DNA from: Octopus sinensis
Taxonomy: Eukaryota
Assembly: GCF_006345805.1 (NCBI RefSeq)
Contig: NC_042997.1
Location: 10,664,001-10,728,000, forward strand
Direction: 5' to 3'
DNA: 64,000 nucleotides
Below the pieces are notes generated by a model. It had not been told where the DNA came from. It saw only the letters and a program-made list of their open reading frames with translations, and ran no database searches. Below are positions 1 to 13,539 of the stretch, piece after piece. The translations under genes were made by a program, and so were the position numbers. How positions within the stretch are numbered: the stretch's first letter is position 1; every line of letters starts with the position of its first letter.

Positions 1-359
1 CTCTGCGATTTTTATTAACTCTCTATATCTTCCTGTTAATTGCTAATTGAACTTCACTGAATTTCTTGATAATTACTTCTCTTTCCGTTACACACTTCCG
101 ATGACTTTCATACTGATGGCTTTATTTCCTATTTGAGAATGAGCAACTCATTTTCAGGTATTCATATTTCACTATCTCCAAACAGTTCTTTTCTATTTGA
201 TAACTAATATTTTGTTCCTAAGAAGAGTCGATCAACGATTTTTCTCTCGTTTCACAATTTTTTTCTTTGTATATTTTTGTATTCTCGAAATGCTATTTTG
301 CATTTGTAGAAAGGGAATATAAACATACATATATTTGACGAACTGATGGCTCCTTACAG

Positions 360-403
<44 letters not shown>

Positions 404-416
404 TAATTATAGATAT

Positions 417-468
417 GTCTTACACCTGTTTCTAGGATATTTTAACAAATATCCCTTTCATCGGAAAC
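417..468 (-). ncRNA. Type I hammerhead-ribozyme-like motif (U4C core variant), PLE pLTR-like
   Basis: Minus strand reads GTTT-CCGATGA-AA-GGGATATTT gtta AAATATCCT-A-GAAA-CAGGTG-TA-AGAC: stem I GTTT/AGAC (one G-U), 9-bp stem II, short stem III, GUA triplet. Confidence 0.55.
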
Positions 469-500
469 GGTGTGAGAGGACGGTTAAGTCAAATATCCCT

Positions 501-548
501 CCGATGAAGGGATATTTATTAAAATATCCTAGAAACAGCTGTAAGACC
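501..548 (+). ncRNA. Type I hammerhead-ribozyme-like motif, inverted partner of 417-468
   Basis: CCGATGA-A-GGGATATTT atta AAATATCCT-A-GAAA-CAGCTG-TA-AGACC; palindromic stem III CAGCTG; 5' strand of stem I largely missing. Confidence 0.5.
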
Positions 549-612
549 GTGTATCTATAAATGCTCTAATATCTTGGTTTTTTATCTTATTACGCAACAA
601 ATTTTATGTATA

Positions 613-647
<35 letters not shown>

Positions 648-1934
648 TCATCTGTACACTGACATCGTTCATCACTGTCAACACCAATTCAGTGAGTTTC
701 TTTTCACAACTAGTCAAACATACTTTGTTTCGTAGCGGGAGTTTTAAAATCGAAATTATCTTTTCTTCAGACATTTCATTAAGAATACTATTTAAATTGT
801 TTATACTCTTCGCTTTCCGGCACACAATACAATTATATTCGGACTGCTGCTAAAGTTACTCCGAGGTAACATAGTAACAGTCGTAGTTAGTTACTGTTAT
901 TTGGACATTGTTCTCACTATAATGAATAAAATTGCAATCAACAACTCTTCTCTTGCATTCAACAAATGTGTCTGTTGACGTAATTGTTTAAACACGAAAT
1001 ATTTTAACTCTTAGTAAAGTTAGTTTCAGAATATTTTCGTTCTATTCATATCATAGAAGTGTCTCTTTTGTCATTTATAGCGATTACATACGTCATTACT
1101 GAGTTCATAACACCAAGAAAAGTTAACTTTACCCATTGAATTTCTTGAGAAGCAACAACAAAGATTTTGTTTCAGATGGCGGGATAATAGAGTCGCAAAT
1201 GTTCGAATAAACTGTCTTACGCTTTTTGTGCCAGCTGTCTACTCACTGTGTTCAAATCCCAGCGAGTCAAATTTGATATGCATCTTTTCAGTGTCAATAG
1301 AATACCAATTCAATACACGTGTTGTTTCTTCTATATTTTTCTCTGCTGCCGCTTTCTTTCTACGTTTCTATCACTGTCCGAACCTAAATAGAATTGTACT
1401 CCCGCAGGTTTAGATATCCTCAGACACGCTACAGGTTACGGTGACACAGCTACTGTTCCATCAGAAGTTGAGTGCCCAAGGCAACACTCTGTTTACCATT
1501 TTTTAATGTTATTTTATTCGCTGATGTTGTCGTGTCCGGTCAAATTGCGCATACTCATTCTTTGCAAAATGAATTCAGGTTTCAGAGACGAGTGCCATTA
1601 CTTTTAATAAAAGGTTTCTTTCATAAAATTTTTCAGAAGGAATATCCAGTTACTTCACAACACAAATGGGGGCGGCATTAATGTAAGAGCTGGCATCCAT
1701 CATAAATTCAATAAATAGTCTCCCACGCCGAGCACATGTCATTTCACGCCGAGTGATTATCAATATATGCAAATATACATGTGTGTTTGTTTGTATGCAT
1801 GTATATATGTATATATGTATGTATATATGTATGTATGTATGCATTCATGCATATGGGTCAGATTACGCCAGAATGGAGAACTATATAAATAGCAATATTC
1901 AGAAGATTTTTCAAAATATTTACATGCATGTGTG

Positions 1935-1995
<61 letters not shown>

Positions 1996-2031
1996 AACAT
2001 ACGTATATACTCATGTGAACGAATGTATGGA

Positions 2032-2092
<61 letters not shown>

Positions 2093-2301
2093 TTATTTAT
2101 TTATTTATTTACAGAGTCCATATTTGAATGACAAAAATAGACTTAGTGGGAGACAGAGAGAGAAAGGCAGACAGTCTATATATGTTTATTTTTATATGGA
2201 AAACTTTTAGTAAGTTTTGAAATTTTATGTGTAATCGACTTCTTTCCTGTACATGTATTATTGTTCAAACATATATTTATGCATACATACATACATGCAT
2301 G

Positions 2302-2374
<73 letters not shown>

Positions 2375-2404
2375 GTATACATATACACACACGCATATAT
2401 ATAT

Positions 2405-2437
<33 letters not shown>

Positions 2438-3094
2438 TATATATATATAATATATATATATATATATACATACATACATGTGTTATGTGGGTGTATAGAT
2501 GTGTGTATGTTTGTGTATGCATGCGTGTGTGTGTGTGTGTGTGTCTTTGTGCGTCATGTGAATATATACATGTGAGTTTGTGTGGGGGTTGGTATATCAC
2601 AATACATAATACAAAACAATTCAGAAGGCATAGAAATAAGTATAAGTATAAAAATAACAATGAACATAGATTGAAGCTATATGTGCAATGTCAATAGCAC
2701 TGATAAAGAAAGCGACTCTTCTCTTAAAACATCGGTTTTATGCAATGGTAATTATTGTAGGCATGGCAGTTGTTACGTTATCGCCACCAACCCACCACAA
2801 GCCACTTTGTAACTACTTTTACCATGAATATTGCGTATAAATGTTATTATTTCGAAAATTTCTTTCGTTGCTCGACCGTTTACCCCATTATTATTACAAG
2901 CATGGCATTTTGGGTAACAATTTGTATAATGTAAAATCTACTTAAATGCTTTATATTCAGACGAAAGGAAAATGTAATGTATGAAAATAGAAACATTATT
3001 CTTTTATAAGGATGCATGTGAAACATGGTATGTAGGTATCTGTGTATGTAATATACATATACATACCCGCACACTCAGACATGTACACACACGC

Positions 3095-3150
<56 letters not shown>

Positions 3151-3313
3151 GATAAAACTTACTTGGAAATGGATGCGTGGCGTTCAATCATATAGTAATA
3201 TAAATAATATATATGCATATATACATATATACATGTACATACTTTCATATTTATGTACCCAGATATGCATGTATATATATATATATATATGTACATGTAT
3301 GTATATATGCATC

Positions 3314-3358
<45 letters not shown>

Positions 3359-3462
3359 ATACATATATATTATTTATATTATATCATTGAACGCCACGTA
3401 TTCATTAACAAGTAAGTTTTATCTTAATAATTCTGATGCGACACTATTTCTACCACTATCTC

Positions 3463-3500
<38 letters not shown>

Positions 3501-4070
3501 TCTTTCTATATTCTTTGTATCTCCCTTTTTCTCTCTTATCCTTTCTCTAATTCTTCTCCTCCCCCTTCACTGTTCTCTATCTGTCCCTTTCTCTCCCTCA
3601 CTGTTCCTCCTTTACTCTGTCGTTGCTCACTCGTGACCAGCGACCATCTTTCGTTTCCTGACTTGAATTTCTTTCTTTCTTCTCGTTCAGCTGCAGGGAT
3701 AGCACGCATTTTTGTATGTCTCCTGTCAAAGCTTGTTTTCCCAGCGTTCACCACTTCCCCTCGTTATGGCTTAACAACCCTTACCATTTGTTTTCACTTT
3801 CCTGTTATTGTTACCAAATTTAACCCTCCGCAAATCCCAAATTTTATTTAATTTGCTTTGTGGGAGCAATTGTTTTGACGAAGACGCATCTTGTCCTAAT
3901 GTACGAAATACGGAGTAGATAAATCAGCTGACAACTGATGAACGGATTGTTCTACAGGTTACCTGTCTTGTTTTTCTTTTTGTTTCTTTCATTGTTCGCA
4001 ACAATAGTTCGTTTTCCATGTTTTCACATTTTGACGTCATGTACCCATATATGCATGTGTATATACACTG

Positions 4071-4106
<36 letters not shown>

Positions 4107-4336
4107 TATATCATATTATATTATATACCCCACCCCACCCACATATTTACATACACACACATATCAAATGAAAGTGAAAGAGATTGCGAAAGATACAGTT
4201 AGGCAGACATATATATAGACAAAAAGACACAGAGAAACCAATTAACAGACAAGTAGAAAGAGAGAAAGTCAAACAGACAGACAGACTATCAGACAGACAG
4301 TCTGGCAGACAGAACGTGAAATATGCATGTGGATAA

Positions 4337-4423
<87 letters not shown>
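4337..4423. repeat. (GATA)n microsatellite abutting the 3' end of Tx1-like LINE copy 1
   Basis: Perfect GATA run directly visible. Confidence 0.97.
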
Positions 4424-4424
<1 letters not shown>

Positions 4425-5597
4425 GTTTCTTTATTGGCCACACGGGGCTGCACACAGATGGGACAAGTTACAAGGTAGAGCTTTTCTTTTGGGGATGAAA
4501 AAAAGAGGGTGGCGTAGGTTTTCGATCAAGAGGGATCGTAAAGGGAAGAAAAGAACAAAAAGAAAGAAAATAAAAGAATAAAAAATAGAATAAAGATAAA
4601 AAGAATAAAAGAAAAAAAAAGAAAGGGAAAGGAACAAAAGAAAAGAGAAATGAAAAAAGAGGAAAAAGGGGGAAAAAAGGGTAAGAGGAAAAAAAAAGGA
4701 ACGATCAATAGGGATCGTGTATCACAGTGTTATGATATATGGTGTAAAGGGGAAAGCAAGTAAGGTTTATCCGTGGGAAGAAAAGCCTACGAAAAAGACC
4801 ACGGTAACCTTGGTCAATATTGTTATATGTTACCACGTTTGTTTGCAAGTGGGTAACCCTCTGTTTTCAATTTCTGGGTTCATAGGATTATGCTCAAGGT
4901 GGCTTCGTCATTCATACGTGCCATCCTTGCTACATTCACCCATCTTTTTTTTAAAACATTCGCTAGACAAAACTTGCCTCTCTACTCTCACTTTCCTTTT
5001 CAAGTGGTACTTGAAGAAGTTGATGAGAGATTGACCAGAGAGGAAAGTGTTTGTCTCCAATCCTTTCAGACGCGTCCACCAGATACATTCTTTCGTCATA
5101 GCCACAAGGATGATGAAAATAGCTCTTCCTTCCCGTTTGAAGGAAGGAGGCGTGACAATATTGACGATAGACTCAGCTGATAAACCGACTCGTCCCACAC
5201 GTGACAGCAGTTGTTCGACATAAGCCCACAGGTCGGAAATTGTTGGACACTGCACGAGTGCGTGCAGAACGGTTTCGTCGCTCTGACCGCATCTCGGGCA
5301 GGTCGGCCCCGTGTTTCTCGAGCCGTGTCTGTAGAGCTTATCCCGAACGGGTAGCGCTTCTCGGTAATACTGCCAGGCCAGGGATCTCTGGAAGTTGTCC
5401 ATGGGCCCTGGCCCGAAAGTCGTCCTGAACAGGCGGGTCAGGTACTCCTCGTCGACGTCCAGGTTCGCCCCGAGCTCGTCGTCGTACCTCCCCTCCACTA
5501 ATCCCCTATAGAATGCTTTGGTTGTGTTGAAGTCACTCAAGGTCGACCCAGGACGGCAGAGTTGCTTGAGAGCAACGCGACACTCGCGATGCCATTC
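4424..5597 (-). mobile_element. 5'-truncated L1/Tx1-type non-LTR retrotransposon, copy 1 (C-terminal zf-RVT region plus 3' UTR)
   Basis: Minus ORF 4908-5540 contains CPRCGQSDETVLHALVQC (LINE C-terminal CCHC-type zinc finger); near-identical to 16240-17410; AATAAA on minus strand at 4430-4435. Confidence 0.88.
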
Positions 5598-5600
5598 AGG

Positions 5601-5718
<118 letters not shown>

Positions 5719-6520
5719 TACTTCTATCACTGATAGTGACATCACCTAACGTTCGTTTCCAAAGTACTTTATTCTCATATATTTCATTTCACTTAAACAC
5801 ACTAATGCAATATAGCATTAATGAATGTTTCACTTCTATACAACATTGTGCTTGGATTTTGCTAACTGAGGGTGGATATGATTTTGTAGCTACGAAGCTT
5901 TCTTCGTTATTCAGATCTGTAGGGCTCAAATTCGCTGCGTAGCAACTTGGTCAGTAGTTTTTTCAACTTCTCTATGGATCTTCTGAAACCTTGTAAACGA
6001 AATCCGGAAGACAGTAAATGGAAACTATGTGCAAGCCATCCGCAGGGATCATGCTTTTCAGTTTGGTTTTAGATTTAATTCGATTCTGGTTTGCAGATTA
6101 ACTTCTTTGATCATTGCTTTGAAAAAGATCATTGAATACTATTCTTACCCGTCTAAGTCACATAAACAAAATATTTAGAACAAGGGCAAAGATAAGTTCT
6201 AACAGAATGATGCTTTGTAGATACACTTGTATTAATATGAGGCACCTATGTTGCTATCTATTATTCAATGCATTTGATAGAATCACAATGCATACATAGA
6301 TATACACGTAGATATGTATATGTAGATAGATCGACAGGCAGACAGACAGACAGGCAAGCAAGCAGCCTTACAGACGGATAAATATTCAGCCCTAAGGTAG
6401 CACGGCTTACGTGTGTATGCGTGTATGTATCCGTGTTCACATGTATGTACGTATGTATGTATATTCACATGTATATATGTCTGTTTATATACATAAATAT
6501 CTATACATATGTAGATGTAA

Positions 6521-6521
<1 letters not shown>

Positions 6522-6590
<69 letters not shown>

Positions 6591-6606
6591 GGACAGATAG
6601 ACAGAC

Positions 6607-6683
<77 letters not shown>
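6522..6683. repeat. (GATA)n/(GACA)n compound microsatellite
   Basis: Directly visible. Confidence 0.95.
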
Positions 6684-6770
6684 TTCAACCCTATGTTAAT
6701 ATACGTGTGTATGCGTGTATGTATGCATGTTCACATGTATGTTTATATGTACGTATATATACATATATAC

Positions 6771-6801
<31 letters not shown>

Positions 6802-8664
6802 TGTATGTATGTATGTATGTATGTATATGTCTGTTTATATACATAAATATATATACATGTGTAAGTATACATGTATGTATGTTTCTTCATATACGCAAGC
6901 AAACATCCACATAACTTCAGAAAACAATATATATCAAGTGTCTGAAGCAACTCTTTACAGATCATGACTTCGTGCTTTCTTTTCTGTCCAATTTTTTTCA
7001 TTCAAAGAAAAAGAGACCTTGGTAAATATAAGCCTATCTTTAACAATTAAAGTATGCAGCTTCATCATATCATTTGGTACTTTTCAGTCCTGAGTCCTGC
7101 TACTACACTAACTGACATTTCTAACTAGGCACATATTTCAATTGAGTCGCTGGTAGCTGAGCCGTTTTGAAGTCGATAACTGTAATTCTGCAATAGAATT
7201 TTAGCTTTGGTTAAAATATTGACTCTTAATTAGTAACTATAACTTTTAAATATTAGCAAGTTTGCGCGTATGTCTTTAAGACATACCTCAACGAAAGCGA
7301 TACCTCAATAGAGTTGCAGAGTTAATATTAATACGAGAACTTTTACCAGAATTATTACGTATGTTGAAATATATTTGTTTTGTCTTAAAGAAACCCATGA
7401 ATTAAGGGTGAAAACAGAAATAGTCGATGCGTTTCTTGCAGATAATGTATGCCATTCAAGCAACAAGGGAAATGTATGCTGTGCAAGTAACAAGGGAAAT
7501 GGGGAATGTAAAGGCTAGAACTCAGCTCACCGAGACATTAAAACTTCTTCGATGTACTTGTCAAGATCTATGTTTATAATAAATCAATTCTTTATAGCGG
7601 AGAGAAATAATATTGGAAAGAAACGAAGCGGGGTGTATGATGAAACGGAAATGTAGGAAAGTAAAATGTATAAAGATAAATAGAGAGAATGAATGAAGGA
7701 AATAAAATGGAAAAATCTGAAAATAAAATTGCCTAGAGTGAGTTGAAGTTATATTAGTCTAACTACGCGTGCGAATTATTTAATTTGCCTGTTCCAAGAA
7801 AGCCATTAACCAGAGGGCTGTCTTGGAAAGTCATGTTCCAGACATTACATTACATTATTGGAGACAATGTTTTACTTTTATATTTCAGTATTCTTTTCTC
7901 GTTTTACATTTTTGGCGGGATGAATTAAACGAACTCACTTGACAGTCACTTTCACCATAATGAAACTGTTTCTATATTATGGTGAAGATTTAGTCTATTA
8001 AATCACTAGTTTTATAAAACGATAAATACTCTGATACACAAGAACACAAAGCGGAAAACATATAATTTGCTATATTGTGCTTTATCTATAAAGGCATGGG
8101 GTAGTGAACTTAACTAGGCGTACATTGTAGCAAATATAAAAACCTATAAAAATGCATCTGTGCTAAATACTAAATCTTTAATTTTACAAATTCATAGATG
8201 TATAACATTGAATTAATGATCTGATAGTTTAAAATGGAGTTTTTTTATGGGTCTTCAGAGACTTCATCAATAGCGATTTCAAATTTGATGCATGCAGGGG
8301 ATCCAATTTTTTATTAAAGCATAAAATAACGTGTGCATATGGGGCTGCTTTGGAGTATATATCGCGAATGTATCCTCATTTCATTTCTGTAAAGCATATT
8401 TAAAGGACTTTGCCGTCCCCTGGTACATAATATATGGCTGGTTGTATCAGGACTAGTCCTGTAAAGTTGTTGTTGTGTCTTTGGAATATCATTGAAGAAG
8501 TTCGGCTTCCATGCAGCATTTCGTGGTAGTGTATAGATTAGAGTTAATTCCCTTCCTTTTTTCAAATCTTACAGAACAACTGAACACGGTATGGCAATAA
8601 ATTTACAGAACTACAGCTGCTTGCAATGAATGGTGAATTGTTTTTATTCTGTGGTATGGAATAT

Positions 8665-8870
8665 CAAAGACGCAACGTGGCCGAATGGTTTAGAAGTTTA
8701 CTTCGCAACTACAAGATTTCGCGTTCAGTCCTACTGTGTAGCACCTTGGATAATATCTGTCACTGTTGCCTCGTGCCGGCCCAGGCCTTGGTATTGGAAG
8801 TAAGTAAACGGAAACTAGTCAGAAACCCGAAGGGCTTGTTGCATCTGTAATTCAAAGGTCCAGTTTTGTC
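8665..8870 (+). mobile_element. Old diverged tRNA-derived SINE
   Basis: cgtggccgaatggtttagaag...gttcagtcctactgtgtagcaccttgga resembles the head of the SINE copies at 12627-13043 and 56236-56645. Confidence 0.55.
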
Positions 8871-9345
8871 GTGCAACTCTGATTCCGACTGAGGACTTCG
8901 TTAAGAGTACCACTTACGCACACAGGACGAATACACACACTAATTCAGTGCACAAGTAGTTCAGTAAATATTCATCATCGAAACCGACGAAGATCCATTT
9001 ACATTTCACCTTTCTACAGATAGAATGACTCAGCTGTTTTGAAAATTAAATTTTGGAGGCCAACTGCACTAACAACGAACTTCAGTTGTACACCTATCGG
9101 CTTCACATCTTTTAAAACCATTTCTTGCATTTTTAACTGAATAAAAAAAGGGAGAGCTCATTACATTTGCGGGTCCTAAGACATTGGTGACGTTGATTAT
9201 GCAACTCCTTAATTCGTGCGCTACAAACGGTCACGATATCAGGGATGATGAACATTTGCAAGACTTTCTTAACATAGAAAAGACGATGAGTAAAACAATA
9301 TGCTCTCCTCTACAATCTTGTTATCAAGCAGGTGGCCGGTCGTAA

Positions 9346-9857
9346 TCTATATATATAAAACTGTAGTTGTGTGAGTGTCTGTCCCCTTCGATTTAGATTC
9401 CTAACTACTCCCACATTTTGCGGTGCAGTTTAACCAAATTCGGGTATCTTATAGTCGTGATTCATATCGAGCCCGTCTGAGTATTAGCGCGCCTCTACGA
9501 TGAGTCTACGATTTTAAAAATAATTTAACATCATTTTTTATTCCATTTTAATGCATAATTTTTCGTGTGTCGATGGTGGCGGAGTTGGCGTCCATGCTCA
9601 CAGCTGCACCTGTTTGCTTCTCCCCTTCTTCCCTCCCTCGTGAAGCTGTGGGGAAGGGAGTGTAAGGAAATCAACGTCGTAAAGCGTTGTCAAGGAGACC
9701 AGCGTTCTTTTAGAACAACGACTTCATGGCTTGAAGACACCAAAACAGAAATGGCTAAGAAAGCCCGAATTGGCATCTATAAGAGAAGTAACTCTCTAAA
9801 AATGCTTATATAGTTATTTTCCTTACAAACCCGAGCAACGCCGGGCGATACTGCTAG
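9346..9857 (+). mobile_element. Non-autonomous Helitron, copy 1
   Basis: Starts TC after A, ends with CCCGAGCAACGCCGGG hairpin then CTAG before T; homologous copies at 45580-45981 and 55140-55535. Confidence 0.88.
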
Positions 9858-10059
9858 TTAACTCTAAATTAAAAGGAGAAAAATAACATATATGCGTGGA
9901 ATTGATTCTGAGCGGAACTTCAAGTTCACTCAGCTGCTTACTCAACCAAAAAGTACTAATTTCATTCTATTTTCAGTACTGAGGCTCAATTACTAAATGT
10001 TCAGTTGTTACCCCTAAAATTTCTTTAAATCTACTCGAATGCTGGTTTTTAAATTTTAG

Positions 10060-10215
10060 CACAAGGCCAATAAGTTGGGGGAGAGGAGCAAGTTAATAAC
10101 ATCGACCCCCAATGTTTAACTGGTACTTCAAAATGACGAAAGGCCAAGTCAACCTCGGCGGAATTTGAACTCAGCATGTAAAAACGGAGGAAATGCCAAG
10201 AATCTGCTGTAATAT
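10060..10215 (-). mobile_element. Degenerate SINE-like fragment
   Basis: atcgaccccc...ctggtact...aaggccaagtcaacctcggcggaatttgaactc; weakly similar segment at about 41480-41610. Confidence 0.4.
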
Positions 10216-10329
10216 TAATGCACATTTTATGTATGCGTTTGCGGGTGTAATTTGTTTTATATGTGATGTATATACCCGCGTTTTGTGTGTATGTGTGTGT
10301 GTGTATCTGTGTGTGTATGTGTGTGTATG

Positions 10330-10378
<49 letters not shown>

Positions 10379-10451
10379 CTACTATAATTTCTGATTAACT
10401 AATATCCTGTGTGTGAAATATGTTATACGGGAACTACTCAGAACCCCGTGT

Positions 10452-10512
<61 letters not shown>

Positions 10513-11168
10513 GCAGGTACACACATATATACATACATAAATGTATTTATAAGTGTGATTGTATCCCTGTATTCGGTTATAATTCTAACACTACACTTTG
10601 TATTAGGAAACCGGTGTTACATTCAGATACTCGATAAAAATATTATCAGTCTAAAATTGAAATATGTGCTGGGCTCGATGTGATCAACTAAAATTACTTA
10701 AAGGCTTTCCATTGCCGTTCAATGACCAAAACCAATAAAATAAATGTTCGTGCATATATGTGAGTGTGTGCATGCGTATGTGACTGTGCATGAGTGCACA
10801 GTGAGGGGGAAAGGGAAAGTGGGAGTGAATTAGGATGGGATACGTAGCAAAAGGTAGTTGGGGATGGGAGGGAAACATGTCGTTCAAAGCGAAGCTCAAT
10901 AGAATTGAAATTTTCTTGACCACTGAACAATTTAATTAATTTGAAGATAAAATACGATAAAATAGTTAATGTACCATTCAGAAACACATTTTAGAGAAGT
11001 GAATTTTAAAAACTGAACATTGATTCTTTATCTAAAGCACCATTTCAGCTTTGTTGCATAATGTAGCTTCTGTTGGACCATTTACTCTGATATATTAATG
11101 TTATTTTATGCATACTGTTCAATTAATTTGTTGTCTGTTTTCTGGCTTACATATACACACATGCATAC

Positions 11169-11508
11169 ATTGGAGACCTCTTTCGGTCATGACTGACCAT
11201 GGGATTGCACCTAGGAAGTTACTATCCCGGGCACAAGTCCAGGAAAAGTTGTTTATGGAAGACCAGCTGTCACCCATGCATACCGGCCTCCCCTCTCCAC
11301 GCCACCAGTGTTACCCAAGGGAAAGGCAAAGGCTGATACAGCTTGGCACCTGTGACGCCGCAACTCATTTCTCCAGTTGAGTGAACTGGAGCAACGTGAA
11401 ATAAAGTGTATTGCTCAAGAACACAACAAGCAGCCCGGTCCGGCATTCGAACTCACAACCTCACGATCGTAAGCTCGACGCTCTAACCACTGAGCCACGC
11501 GTCTTCAC
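11169..11508 (-). mobile_element. tRNA-derived SINE (family B)
   Basis: Minus head gtgaagacgcgtggctcagtggttagagcg...gagttcgaatgcc with A and B boxes, followed by body and distinct tail. Confidence 0.82.
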
Positions 11509-11551
11509 ACATACATACATACATACATACATACATACATACATACATACA

Positions 11552-11827
11552 TTGTCATTGTTCTTTCTCGAGCCTTGGGCCGGTTTCCCAGTTTCATTGG
11601 CGCATAGGTTCCCCACCTGGACAGGACACCGGTCCGTCGCAGGTGAGCTGCTAGATGCAGGTGGAGCAAAGAGTGGGAGAATGTTGTAGGGAAAGAGTCA
11701 ACAGAGCTTCGCCATTACCTCATGTCGGAGCCGCTCATAAACACACACATCGCCCGGTCTGAGATTCGAACCCGCGATCCTTCGACCGCGTGTCGGCTGC
11801 GCTAACCACTAGGCCATGGGCCTCCAC
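11552..11827 (-). mobile_element. tRNA-derived SINE (head related to family C)
   Basis: Minus head gtggaggcccatggcctagtggttagcgcag...gggttcgaatctcagaccgggcg with A and B boxes. Confidence 0.8.
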
Positions 11828-11839
11828 ACACACACACAT

Positions 11840-11877
<38 letters not shown>

Positions 11878-11884
11878 TATATAC

Positions 11885-11985
<101 letters not shown>

Positions 11986-12110
11986 AATTGTATAATTCTT
12001 ATAACTCAGAAACTTAAAGCTGGGGGGCGTGGTGTAGAAACATGTGATATACTATTAAAGCCTGTTATCCTTCATCCGCGTGTTATGGTTTAAATATATA
12101 TATCATATAT

Positions 12111-12177
12111 ATCATATAAGAAGCCTAGAAAATGTTAATGTAAAGACGTGCCATTAACTAATGGCATTCTTATGCCA

Positions 12178-12182
<5 letters not shown>
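12111..12182 (+). repeat. 72-bp direct repeat, copy A
   Basis: atcatataagaagcctag...cttatgccaaacat appears identical at 13290-13361. Confidence 0.9.
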
Positions 12183-12212
<30 letters not shown>

Positions 12213-12465
12213 AGAGTGAGAGATAATTAAATGAGGCAGCTAGTTAGCAGTTTCATCAAAAAGGGAAACAATAAATATCATTAAATATGACTGCTAGAAA
12301 TAAGATCTGGAGGTCTGGCAGCAAATATGTATACAATTTTATGTGCGTTGACAGCAGCAACAGCGCCCTTCGGCTCTTACTTCTAGCAGTGTCGGTGTTC
12401 TAACACCCTCAGTTATATAGATACGTGTATTTAGCTAGCTAGCAAGCTAGCTAGATAGATATATC

Positions 12466-12548
<83 letters not shown>

Positions 12549-12626
12549 GGAAGGATGGATAGATAGATATCGATATACTTGATGTTGAAGATTTTCCCAT
12601 ATACTATATGCTTATATACTCTCTTA

Positions 12627-12837
12627 TTCTTTTACTTGTTTCAGTCATTTGACTGTGGCCATGCTGGAGCACCGCCTTTAGTCGAGCAAATCGACTCAGG
12701 ACTTATTCCTTGTAAGTCTAGTACCTATTCTATCGGTCTCTTTTGGCGAACCGCTAGGTTACGGGGACGTAAACACACCAGCATCGGTTGTCAAGCGATG
12801 TTGGGGGGACAAACACAGATACACAAACATATACACC

Positions 12838-12881
<44 letters not shown>

Positions 12882-13043
12882 TACATGTATACGACAGGCT
12901 TCTTTCATTTTCCGTCTGCCAAATCCACTCACAAGGCTTTAGTCGGCCTGAGGCTATAGAAGACACTTGCCCAAGGTTCCACGCAGTGGGACTGAACCCG
13001 GAACCATGTGGTTGGTAAGCAAGCTACTTACCACACACCCACT
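12627..13043 (-). mobile_element. tRNA-derived SINE (family A, CORE-like central motif, internal microsatellite)
   Basis: Minus head gtgtggtaagtagcttgcttaccaaccacatggttccgggttcagtccc, ccttgggcaagtgtcttct motif and tail gcatggccacagtcaaatgactgaaacaagtaaaaga; several copies in window. Confidence 0.88.
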
Positions 13044-13289
13044 ATTATAATGAAATATGTGCGAATGTGCATGTGTGTATGTGTTTGTCTATGTGTGTCT
13101 CCGTCAGTCGGCCGGTGTGTCTATCTATCTGACAGTGTGTGAGTAACATTAATAGTTTGCTAACATCACGGAATGTTACCTGTGAGTCTGTAGCTTGATA
13201 ATTGGTTCCGCACTAAACTCCTATATCCTACGCGCTGTGAATTCAAACATCACATTGGAGGGTAGACCTAAGTGCAAAGTCGGAGTTAC

Positions 13290-13361
13290 ATCATATAAGA
13301 AGCCTAGAAAATGTTAATGTAAAGACGTGCCATTAACTAATGGCATTCTTATGCCAAACAT
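13290..13361 (+). repeat. 72-bp direct repeat, copy B
   Basis: Identical by eye to 12111-12182. Confidence 0.9.
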
Positions 13362-13539
13362 GTCCAAACATCCACACGTGCATGCGTGTATGTATACATG
13401 CACACGTGTATGTATATACGTACGTACGTGTGTATGAATGTACGTATGGATACATGCACAGGTGTATGTACTACGTACGTATCTATGTTTGTGTGTGAGT
13501 ATTTTATGTAAGTGCTTCGCGAAATTGGGCAGTCACAGA

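Noticed and set aside
1173-1182. YY1-like motif cagatggcgg suggesting a promoter
   Set aside because: Single imperfect motif with no CpG-rich context or downstream gene.
3935-3945. Isolated CTGATGA/CTGACGA words (also near 32024, 37910, 44006 minus, 58195)
   Set aside because: No downstream stem II-GAAA-GUH arrangement, so not counted as hammerheads.
8575-8588. Possible 14-nt micro-exon (pyrimidine tract, cag, then gtatgg)
   Set aside because: No neighbouring exons or expression evidence; such signals occur by chance.
11440-11508. tRNA genes suggested by A/B boxes (also near 11760-11827, 14935, 21946, 24900-24973, 33467)
   Set aside because: Cloverleaf stems are poorly paired and each head continues into SINE body or pLTR sequence, so they are tRNA-derived heads.
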